Shown: piece by piece, positions 39,563 to 47,900 of the stretch
Layout: each line of letters opens with the position of its first letter
How positions within the stretch are numbered: the stretch's first letter is position 1
Made by a program: the position numbers and the translations under genes
IMG/VR virus record: IMGVR_UViG_3300009036_000501
Direction: 5' to 3' (one strand)
Length of the DNA: 64,000 nucleotides
Source: an uncultured virus (IMG/VR IMGVR_UViG_3300009036_000501)
Lineage: Duplodnaviria; Heunggongvirae; Uroviricota; Caudoviricetes
Notes under the pieces: model-generated
The model's input: the letters and a program-made list of their open reading frames with translations, nothing else
Told to the model about the DNA's origin: nothing
Databases searched by the model: none

Positions 39563-41788
39563 ATGCTAATTTTAACAGAGGAAACCTTAAAGGACTGCGT
39601 TGAAGACCTAGCAGCCTCAAAAGAGATTGATCACGATACGGAGACAACCGGACTCTTTGCATTCAAAAAGATGAACAACATAAAAGATCCAGGTGAGGCG
39701 CGAATAGCTGGTCATGCTTTTTTATCACGAAAATCGAAGAGGAAATATTATATACCGATTAGACATGAAACAATCATTGAAACCACCTTAGTATACGGGC
39801 TTCCCCCAAGAACAACGAAAGAGACTCTTCACTCTGTAATTGAGGCCATTCGTGAAGGCGTACGTAGCTCTCTTGGCAGTATGTACATTGATCTCAGTTA
39901 CAACATCACGGGCTTTAGTGAAACTAAAAAGGCCCAATCCAAGCGACAAAGTGCGAAACTGAAGATACAAGTGGAAGCATATATAGACGATTATGACTTC
40001 GTGATATGTGAGACGGTCCGCAATGTAGTGGACAAACTATCTGGTTCCATCGTATCAGAAGAGTTAATTCTCAAAGAATCCACCACAGAGGTCTATGAGG
40101 GGTGCTGGAACGAATCCACAAATACTATAAAGAACTTGAGTATTGCCTTAGTTAATAACGCAATCCGTCCTATCTTCGAAGCCGAAGAGAAGACTTTCGT
40201 TGGTTTCAACTATAAGTTCGATCTCTCAGTCATGAGATTCGATGATATTATACCTAAAGCAGAAGTGCAAGATGTAATGGTGCTCTGTCATTTGAATCAA
40301 GAAAACGAATTTAACTATCGGTTGAAAGATCTGGCTGTGAAATATGTGGATAAAAACGCTAAGGATCAGCAGGATTACATCAAGGAGTACATCAAAAAGT
40401 GGAAACTAAAACGATACAGCCAAGTGCCAGCCAACTTGCTAGGTGAGTATGCAGAACAAGACGTACACCTTACTAGTGAATTGCATGAAAGTGTAATGGA
40501 TGAAATTATCACACAAAACTTTACCAATTTGACAGTGAAAGATTTTGAAAAAAATCTGGTCTACAAGGAAAGTGTATTTCTGCGTCTATTGGATAAAATA
40601 TGGTATAATGGCATCCCTATTGACCCAGCGGCATGTAGAAAAGGTATAGAAGAAGCTGATGCGCGTTCTGAGGAACTTTTGAAACAAGCGAAAGTAATCG
40701 TGGGTGTTGATGTCAACTTAAACAGCCCTGTACAACTTATGAAGATACTTGGCCTAACCACCACGGCTAAGGAGGCATTGGAAGAGAGTAGCCATCCTCT
40801 TGTATCTACAGTGCTTGAGTACCGAGCATGGCAAAAAGTCAAGACAACCTACTACGAAGTGTTTTTGAATGATCGCGACGAACAGAATAGACTTCATCCA
40901 GACTTGTTCCAGATTGGAACGGTGACTGGTCGGTTGTCTTGTCGGAATCCGAATCTCCAAGCACTACCACGGGCGAAGGATGACACTGATCCCTTTGCTC
41001 ATATCTACCGTGTCCGTAATGTAATCGTGCCTCCGGGACCAGATTATGCTCTTGTGTTTTCTGACTTATCTCAGGCCGAAATGCGGATAGCAGCCCACTA
41101 TGCTAAAGAAACAGCGATGATAGACATTATTAAAGCTGGAGGAGACTTGCATACCCAGACGGCTGTCGTTATGTTTGGTGACAAATGTATAGACCCTCGT
41201 ACGGGTGTGCCTACAAAAGAATATCGTAACTTTGCAAAAAGACTTAACTTCGGTATCATTTACGGTATGGGTGCAAAAGCCCTAGCAGGAAACTTGGGGT
41301 GCAGTATTGAGAAAGCTAAAGAACTGCTTGACCAATACCACGAAAAATTCCCAGGGTTCAAAAAGTTGTATGCAAGTGCGGAAATGCGAGCTATAGTACG
41401 TGGCTGGATTACTATGTGGTCAGGTCGTAGACGCCGTTTCAAAGGCGACAAAATTGAAATGTGGGAATGCAGAAAGGCCATGAACAATCTGATCCAAGGA
41501 TCCGTATCGGAAATGATGAAACACGCGATGATCAAAGTGGACAAATTGTTCCGTGAAGAAACCGGCGACCGCTCCTATATATTCAATCAAGTGCATGATG
41601 ACCTGCAAATGGCGGTTCACAAGGATGACTGGCACTTGGTCCCTATCATTCGAGACATTATGCAGGACCACCCTTGGTGCACAGTTCCTATCATCACAGA
41701 TACAGAATACTCTCTTACTTCTTGGGGAGAAAAGAGCAAGTGGAAAGAGGGTATCGACCCGTGGGCAACTAAGTCCTTTGTAGTCTGA
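39563..41788 (+). CDS. Family A DNA polymerase, phage-type (3'-5' exonuclease, no 5'-3' exonuclease)
   Basis: ExoI DTETTG, ExoII N.KFD, ExoIII YAEQD, TGRLS, motif A DLSQAEMR, motif B R..AK..NFG..YG, motif C QVHDD. Confidence 0.93.
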   Translation: MLILTEETLKDCVEDLAASKEIDHDTETTGLFAFKKMNNIKDPGEARIAGHAFLSRKSKRKYYIPIRHETIIETTLVYGLPPRTTKETLHSVIEAIREGVRSSLGSMYIDLSYNITGFSETKKAQSKRQSAKLKIQVEAYIDDYDFVICETVRNVVDKLSGSIVSEELILKESTTEVYEGCWNESTNTIKNLSIALVNNAIRPIFEAEEKTFVGFNYKFDLSVMRFDDIIPKAEVQDVMVLCHLNQENEFNYRLKDLAVKYVDKNAKDQQDYIKEYIKKWKLKRYSQVPANLLGEYAEQDVHLTSELHESVMDEIITQNFTNLTVKDFEKNLVYKESVFLRLLDKIWYNGIPIDPAACRKGIEEADARSEELLKQAKVIVGVDVNLNSPVQLMKILGLTTTAKEALEESSHPLVSTVLEYRAWQKVKTTYYEVFLNDRDEQNRLHPDLFQIGTVTGRLSCRNPNLQALPRAKDDTDPFAHIYRVRNVIVPPGPDYALVFSDLSQAEMRIAAHYAKETAMIDIIKAGGDLHTQTAVVMFGDKCIDPRTGVPTKEYRNFAKRLNFGIIYGMGAKALAGNLGCSIEKAKELLDQYHEKFPGFKKLYASAEMRAIVRGWITMWSGRRRRFKGDKIEMWECRKAMNNLIQGSVSEMMKHAMIKVDKLFREETGDRSYIFNQVHDDLQMAVHKDDWHLVPIIRDIMQDHPWCTVPIITDTEYSLTSWGEKSKWKEGIDPWATKSFVV

Positions 41789-42024
41789 TATGTGTGGAGG
41801 GGGTATAGAGTCATGAACCCTCTCCACCAAATCCTCTTTTGCATTTATGAACTGCAATTATTGAGTTAACTACAACCGCATGTTAGAATACATATAAGAA
41901 TTAATGGTTGATTTATATAGCACCTTAGAATGACTAACAAAATAGAACACCCATCCCATAGACTGTCTAGTTAAGATACCGTTAGCTAGGTGGTCTATTT
42001 ACTTTCTATATATTCATAAAAGAG

Positions 42025-42480
42025 GTGAAATGTATGTTGTTCATTGTTCTAGACCCTGGAAAATCTACAGGCATGACTGTTATGAAAGACGGAAAGTACA
42101 TATTTGGATGTACTGTTGAGGATTATAACTGGACTTGGCTCATGGAAAAAGTGGAAAGTCTAGCTGCGAGACACAAAAATGTGACAGTCATTACAGAGGA
42201 ATTTCGCGTATACCCTGGAATGGGTGCACAACAAGCTCTCCAACCTGCTTGGAGTGCACAAATAAATGGGATGCTAGAGTATTTTGTGTATTTGAATAGT
42301 AGAAAAGGAAAAAACTATCACTTTATAAAACAGTGGGCATCGACAGCTAAGACATATAGCAGTGATGATAAACTTAAGCAACACGGGTTATGGAAAGGCA
42401 CGAAACATCAAAAAGACAGTGCACGTCACTATATATTCTATATTGAAAATACACGCAATAAGGAGATGAAAAGGGCATGA
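42025..42480 (+). CDS. RuvC-like Holliday junction resolvase (phage type)
   Basis: LDPGKSTG, EEF, H..DS.RH. Confidence 0.65.
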   Translation: MKCMLFIVLDPGKSTGMTVMKDGKYIFGCTVEDYNWTWLMEKVESLAARHKNVTVITEEFRVYPGMGAQQALQPAWSAQINGMLEYFVYLNSRKGKNYHFIKQWASTAKTYSSDDKLKQHGLWKGTKHQKDSARHYIFYIENTRNKEMKRA

Positions 42481-43004
42481 GACTCCCGCAAACAGAGTAT
42501 ACGTTATCCATGCACACACTGAAAGGCTCCCGTTTTTCATGGGTATGGTATACCTTCTCTGTATGTCTCGCTATTGCATATGTGACGGTTGCATTTAACT
42601 TTAATAGCCTCTATGTCAATGATATAGTTTTTCTACTGCAACTGCCAGTGTACGTAGCTGTGATCATCCTGCATGAGGGAATACATATTGTTTGGAAGAT
42701 CATATTTGGCTATACTGGGAAAATGGTGCGCGTAAGGAATGGGTCGACATCTATAATAACCTTCGTTGTGGATCAGCCCATCAAGAAATGGCACTTTTTG
42801 GCTATCGTATCCAGCCCGTTTATTTTGCTTAACATCGCGACCATACCATTCCTGTTTACACCTTATGCACCCTATATACTTCTCCCCATGCTGTTGAACA
42901 ACTTGGGGTGCCATATTGATGCCAAACTCACAGCTGTTGCGTTGTTATCTAATCCGAAACATGTGGAAGTAAACAATGGCACTATTCGGTATGTGTATAC
43001 TTGA
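42477..43004 (+). CDS. DUF3267-like membrane metalloprotease
   Basis: LHEGIH within a TM region, SPF, N...D motif. Confidence 0.65.
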   Translation: MRLPQTEYTLSMHTLKGSRFSWVWYTFSVCLAIAYVTVAFNFNSLYVNDIVFLLQLPVYVAVIILHEGIHIVWKIIFGYTGKMVRVRNGSTSIITFVVDQPIKKWHFLAIVSSPFILLNIATIPFLFTPYAPYILLPMLLNNLGCHIDAKLTAVALLSNPKHVEVNNGTIRYVYT

Positions 43005-43144
43005 GACATGTATACTTTGACGTCTTTTCTGACATAGATGGAATTGAGCATGTTCCGAGCATCCGGTTTTAATTCATTGACTATACATACCGAACTGTGA
43101 TACAATTACAGTACAACACCAAAATTGATTTAGGAGGACTTAAT

Positions 43145-44227
43145 ATGGAAAGATCTTTAGATGTTATTCTCGACTTGTCGTTTGGTTCGTGTGGTAAAGG
43201 CCTTATCGGGGGCTATCTCGCCACTCGTAACAAGTACGACTTCGCTATAGAGAGCTATGGTGTGCAGGCTGGCCATACGGTTATTAAGGAAGATGGCACT
43301 ACATACGTTGTACAACAACTCCCACAAGCACTGATCGACCCAGATGTGAAATTGTATATTGGGGCTGGAGCAGTAATCGACATTGATCAGCTCAAAAAAG
43401 AAGTGGATGAGTATCTAGGCGGCATGGAAAAAGCAAAAGGTCGTTTGTTCATTCACCCACGCGCTTCTGTAATTCAAGACCAACATAAACAGTGGGAAAG
43501 AGAAAACATTAGATCTGGTAGCACATTTAAAGGTGTTGGAGCAGCCAGTGGGTTTAAGGCCATGAGACACCCGGATCACACCCTCATTAAAGATTTACCA
43601 GAGTGGGCCGACTTTATTGCGGATACAGCTGAACTCGCTTGTGATGCTTTAGAAGATGGCAAATCAGGCATTCTGGAAGTGGCTCAAGGATTCGAACTAG
43701 GTTTAAACCACGGGTTCCAGTATCCTAATTGTACAAGTCGGGAATGCACACCTATGCAAGGTCTATCGGACAATGGTATTCCTCCAAAACACGTTCGCGA
43801 CACATATGGTGTAATCCGGACGTACCCAATTCGTATTTCCAATGAAATGGCTACTTCCGAAGGTGGACAAGCCTACTCAGGTGATGGCGGTAAAGAAATC
43901 ACCTGGGAAGAAGTAGAAGACCGGGCAGGTGCTCCACGTGGTGCATTCTCCTCAAAAGAATTAACTACAGTGACTAAAAAGCTCCGTCGTGTCTTTGAAT
44001 TCGATGTGGAACGTATCAAGCGGGCTGTGAAAATCACAGGGGTAAACAAATTGGCCGTCAACTTCATTCAGTATGTCAACTATGTTGATGCTGGCGTTAC
44101 TGATTACGAAAAACTGTCTGAAAAATCAAAAGAATTTATTCGGATGATTGAGAAAGAAACAGGTGTACCAGTAGTTCTTATTGGTACCGGACCTCGTAAC
44201 GACCAAGTCATCGACCTAGAAGCATAA
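43145..44227 (+). CDS. purZ: Adenylosuccinate-synthetase homologue with PurZ signature
   Basis: FGSCGKG (Ser in place of the PurA Asp), AGHT, GST..GVG, E.AQG, YP.CTSR, RTYPIR, TTVTK..RR, NFIQ in place of TKLD; 360-aa short form. Confidence 0.75.
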   Translation: MERSLDVILDLSFGSCGKGLIGGYLATRNKYDFAIESYGVQAGHTVIKEDGTTYVVQQLPQALIDPDVKLYIGAGAVIDIDQLKKEVDEYLGGMEKAKGRLFIHPRASVIQDQHKQWERENIRSGSTFKGVGAASGFKAMRHPDHTLIKDLPEWADFIADTAELACDALEDGKSGILEVAQGFELGLNHGFQYPNCTSRECTPMQGLSDNGIPPKHVRDTYGVIRTYPIRISNEMATSEGGQAYSGDGGKEITWEEVEDRAGAPRGAFSSKELTTVTKKLRRVFEFDVERIKRAVKITGVNKLAVNFIQYVNYVDAGVTDYEKLSEKSKEFIRMIEKETGVPVVLIGTGPRNDQVIDLEA

Positions 44228-44235
44228 TATAAAAC

Positions 44236-44272
44236 AAAAAGAGAGAGTTCACACATGTGACTCTCTCTTTTT
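44236..44272 (+). terminator. Terminator after the purZ-like gene
   Basis: AAAAAGAGAGAGT...ACTCTCTCTTTTT. Confidence 0.75.
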
Positions 44273-44343
44273 ATGCTAGAATTGACACAGTATGTTGATG
44301 TGTGTTATGATAACAGCATAAACCATATAAGGAGTGTTTTATA

Positions 44344-44601
44344 ATGTATGTGTATATCGTTGTTTTTCCAGGATTTGAATTCGAGGGATCAGCTGTTATC
44401 GTAGCTAGTGACCAAGAAAAAGCATGTACTCAACTAGAAGATCACTTCCGTCAGGAAAGATTTGGAAAAGAAGGTGAAGAAAATTTTCACCCCGACCACC
44501 CAGAAGTTTTCTCATATAGTGTTGTATCTAAAATAAAAGCGGCAACAGATGAAGAGCCTAGCTTAAAATACATTAATTATGGTGGAGAAGGATCTAGATA
44601 A
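44344..44601 (+). CDS. Small hypothetical protein
   Basis: Promoter 44282-44311, AAGGAG RBS, terminator 44611-44649. Confidence 0.7.
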   Translation: MYVYIVVFPGFEFEGSAVIVASDQEKACTQLEDHFRQERFGKEGEENFHPDHPEVFSYSVVSKIKAATDEEPSLKYINYGGEGSR

Positions 44602-44762
44602 CACACACATAAATGAAAGGGAGTACCAAGAAGGTACTCCCTTTCATTTATGTATTTACCAAAAACATTCCGGAACAGAGAAGGAAATACATATTATTGA
44701 TTCGTCTCCTGGCACATGGTAGAATGGTGTATGTATTTTACTATGTATGTGAGGAGATAAAT

Positions 44763-47366
44763 ATGAGAGATACATCATTCAAGTTTATAGATTTGTTTGC
44801 TGGTATAGGAGGTTTTCGTACAGCTTTTGAAAGACTGGGCGGTCAATGTGTTTTTTCTTCAGAAATAAACCCTTTTGCACAACAAGCCTATAACATATTG
44901 CATGGGGAAGTACCAGCGGGAGATATACGACAAGTACAGGCAGATGATATCCCTGATTTCGATTTGCTATGCGGAGGCTTTCCTTGTTTTGCTGCAGGTG
45001 AATTGGTCACTACATCTATGGGTATGAAGCCCATCGAAGATATAAAAAAGGGTGACTATGTGCTAACACATAAAAATCGGTTTAGAAAAGTAGTTATGCC
45101 TATGGTGAAACACAAACAAGGAATCTTCCGGTTAAGTGTTTTGGGAAGCCCGAGCACTTTTGTTACTGAAGAGCACCCATATTATGTACGTCGTTATACC
45201 AGAGTTTGGAATAATGATAAGAGGACATATGAAAGAGTGTGGGGGCCCCCTGAATGGAAAGCTGTCAAAGATTTAACCAAAGAGGATTATGTTGGGTTTG
45301 CCACAAATAAAAAGGCAGAGAACATAAAGAACTTAACTGCTGAGCAGTGTTGGCTTTTAGGGCGATATGTCGCAGATGGGTATATCCGCAATTATGCACG
45401 AAAAGGGAGACAGAACTCACATCATCATATTGTCACCTTCTGCATTGGAAAACACAAACTTGATAATTTTCGACAACGAGTGACTGAGTATTCTCTAGGT
45501 GTGACAGAAGAAAAAACTTCATACAAATGCAGAATCATAAACGAACACTTTATGAATCTGTGTATTGAGTGTGGGCGAGGCGCGCACAATAAACAAATTC
45601 CTGGATACATCATGGATTTACCTGAAGATCTCCTCCAGCATTTTTTAGATGGGTACATATCTGGGGATGGGGATGTGAACAAAAATAACGTGATAAAAGC
45701 CACAACTGTTAGCAGACAACTAGCCTACCAAGTATCCCAGGCAGTGCAAAAAGTGTATAAAAAGCCTTGTAGCATTATCAAAGTAAAAACGGCTGATCAA
45801 AAAGTTATTGAGGGACGAGTAGTGAATCAATCTGATTACTTTCAGATACGATTCAAGACCACTCCTTCCAACCGAGATAGATCTAAATATCTTGATGATA
45901 TGCTTTGGTGCCCCGTGAAAGATCTAACTTGGATTCCTAATTATGACTCCGTAGTCCACAACTTCGAAGTTGAAGAAGACAATAGTTATGTAGTCAATAA
46001 CTGTGTCGTACACAACTGTCAGGCCTTCTCCTTTGCTGGCAAGAGGCTCGGATTTGCCGATGAAACTAGGGGTACCTTGTTTTTTGAAATAGCCCGCATA
46101 GCAGAAGCTAAGAAACCGAAGTACCTATTCCTAGAGAACGTGAAAGGTCTGGTGAACCACGAAAAAGGACGTACTCTAGACACAATTGTCAGGACTCTAT
46201 CGGATCTGGGATATTCTGTAGACTTTGAAGTGATAAACTCAAAGTACTATGGCGTTCCTCAAAATAGAGAACGTATCTATATTGTAGGTGTGTTGGATGG
46301 GGAAGTAAGCCCATATGTTGTCTCAAAGAAGAAGTCCATTATATCGGCAGCAAAGAAAAGACAAAATGAGTATGGGGATATACGGTCTTTCAACTTTGCA
46401 TGGCCTACAAATTCCGAGGTCACTACATCTGTACGTGATATTATGGAAGACAATGTTGATGACATCTTCTATATGACTGAGGACAAAACTGAAAAATTGA
46501 TAGATGTGTTGACAAACCGAGGGTACTTTTCTGAGGAACGTCTTGGCAGGATGGAAATGGTGGGATTGTTACATTACCGTGGCACAGATCAAACACGGCG
46601 TGTATATGATGCGAATGGGTTGGCTCCTACATTGACGGCACATAGTGGTGGAAGTACAGAACCGAAGGTTCTATATTCAGAAGATATCATGGAGTTTTCC
46701 ATGGGTGATGGCATAACCTGTTGTGTGGATGCTAGTTACTCCAAGGGGGTTTCACCCAATTGTGTAGGCAAGGGTAGGCGTACTCATATTGTGGAACCTA
46801 ATAGTGCAAATCTCACACCTAAGTGGAAGATACGTAAACTTACACCGGTGGAGTGTTTCAGACTCCAGAGCTTTCCCGAGTCCAGCATTATCAAATTAAA
46901 ACAATCCGGCATCAAAAACACTCAGCTATACAGAATGGCGGGGAACTCAGTAACAGTAAATGTCATACAAAGTATTGGAACTAATATAGTCCATTTATCT
47001 AATGGGAGTTCACCTGTACAAGAGTGCCTGCCGTTAGAACCTCAGACCTCTATGACATGCGAATATGAGAAAAATGAACATGAAAGACGAGTTTCCAAGG
47101 CCCCATCTGATGTGACTGAACAATGTGGTTCATTTACTCAACTCATGTTTAAGTATATTAAACACACTAAGATAGTGGAAAGAAAAACAACGACAGATTT
47201 ATACAATGACGTCAAGAGTTTTGCAAATGAACTAAATATTTCAGATCCTGGTTTAAGCAACCCTATATATTTTGGCACTATTATGAAGATAAAATCTGAA
47301 GAATTAGCCAATTTAGGTATACGTGTCAATAAAAGCAAGAAGCATTGGTCAATAACTCGGCCATAA
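44763..47366 (+). CDS. C5 DNA cytosine methyltransferase containing an intein
   Basis: DLFAGIGG, GGFP|CQAFS, ENVKG, QNRER, RKLTP.EC.RLQ.FP, GNSV. Confidence 0.92.
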   Translation: MRDTSFKFIDLFAGIGGFRTAFERLGGQCVFSSEINPFAQQAYNILHGEVPAGDIRQVQADDIPDFDLLCGGFPCFAAGELVTTSMGMKPIEDIKKGDYVLTHKNRFRKVVMPMVKHKQGIFRLSVLGSPSTFVTEEHPYYVRRYTRVWNNDKRTYERVWGPPEWKAVKDLTKEDYVGFATNKKAENIKNLTAEQCWLLGRYVADGYIRNYARKGRQNSHHHIVTFCIGKHKLDNFRQRVTEYSLGVTEEKTSYKCRIINEHFMNLCIECGRGAHNKQIPGYIMDLPEDLLQHFLDGYISGDGDVNKNNVIKATTVSRQLAYQVSQAVQKVYKKPCSIIKVKTADQKVIEGRVVNQSDYFQIRFKTTPSNRDRSKYLDDMLWCPVKDLTWIPNYDSVVHNFEVEEDNSYVVNNCVVHNCQAFSFAGKRLGFADETRGTLFFEIARIAEAKKPKYLFLENVKGLVNHEKGRTLDTIVRTLSDLGYSVDFEVINSKYYGVPQNRERIYIVGVLDGEVSPYVVSKKKSIISAAKKRQNEYGDIRSFNFAWPTNSEVTTSVRDIMEDNVDDIFYMTEDKTEKLIDVLTNRGYFSEERLGRMEMVGLLHYRGTDQTRRVYDANGLAPTLTAHSGGSTEPKVLYSEDIMEFSMGDGITCCVDASYSKGVSPNCVGKGRRTHIVEPNSANLTPKWKIRKLTPVECFRLQSFPESSIIKLKQSGIKNTQLYRMAGNSVTVNVIQSIGTNIVHLSNGSSPVQECLPLEPQTSMTCEYEKNEHERRVSKAPSDVTEQCGSFTQLMFKYIKHTKIVERKTTTDLYNDVKSFANELNISDPGLSNPIYFGTIMKIKSEELANLGIRVNKSKKHWSITRP
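44985..46016 (+). mobile_element. 344-aa intein with LAGLIDADG homing endonuclease
   Basis: Starts CFAAG, block B TEEHP, LLGRYVADG and FLDGYISGDG, ends VVHN before +1 Cys. Confidence 0.92.
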
Positions 47367-47467
47367 ACAAAAAGAGGGGGACCGCCAGTTGGGCGATCCC
47401 CTTCGTCCGTTCGTGTAAAATGTAAAGAGTGTTGTGAGTGTCGCAGCAACTGTGTCAAGGTTGCTAC
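47366..47467 (-). ncRNA. Putative ~100-nt trans-acting small RNA
   Basis: Consensus promoter upstream, 5' hairpin (GUAGCAAC/GUUGCUGC), C/U-rich middle, GC hairpin with U-tail on the minus strand only; middle complementary to several RBS regions. Confidence 0.6.
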
Positions 47468-47473
47468 ACTTTT

Positions 47474-47503
47474 ATTATATCACACGGACACGCGTCTTGT
47501 CAA
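47474..47503 (-). promoter_or_regulatory. sigma-A promoter of the putative sRNA
   Basis: TTGACA-18-TATAAT with TGTG extended -10 on the minus strand. Confidence 0.75.
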
Positions 47504-47588
47504 GTGCAGTATGCTTTCAGGTCAATTGTTAACGTCGCGAAAATAGTGTTAGTTATTGACGAATTTTTGTATGTAATGCTATGATGAC

Positions 47589-47819
47589 ATGAAGGAGATG
47601 ATGAAATTGAGTATTCAATTAGGTGCAATTAAACTAGAAGTGTTGGAAACGAGTGTGGAAATTTCAGGTATCGGATACACGCATAAGGTTCATGGACTGC
47701 CCGATCATGATTATTGGGTGTTTGCACGCCCTAAGTTCGAGGACGGCAACATTTTGCATATTATCGTCTACAATCCCAGCACTCACAGAAGTAATAAAGT
47801 ACTAGTAACCAGTCAGTGA
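47589..47819 (+). CDS. Small hypothetical protein
   Basis: Promoter 47556-47585; AAGGAG suggests the real start is a few codons downstream. Confidence 0.55.
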   Translation: MKEMMKLSIQLGAIKLEVLETSVEISGIGYTHKVHGLPDHDYWVFARPKFEDGNILHIIVYNPSTHRSNKVLVTSQ

Positions 47820-47900
47820 GTGAATTCAGACTAAATTATTGTGTATTACACTTCAGACAGTATATAATTGGAAATAAATACATGTCTAGGAGTGTCGTAT

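Noticed and set aside
43145..44227. Ordinary purA
   Set aside because: Lacks the catalytic Asp of GDEGKG and the TKLD GTP-specificity motif
47138..47458. 106-aa minus-strand ORF as the product of the 47503 promoter
   Set aside because: TTG start with no RBS; it crosses the terminator and is antisense to the methyltransferase
47438..47584. Plus-strand 48-codon ORF behind an RBS-like sequence, as an alternative to the sRNA
   Set aside because: Weak AAAGAG RBS, no plus-strand promoter, and it overlaps two promoters; promoter and terminator polarity favour a minus-strand RNA (not fully excluded)
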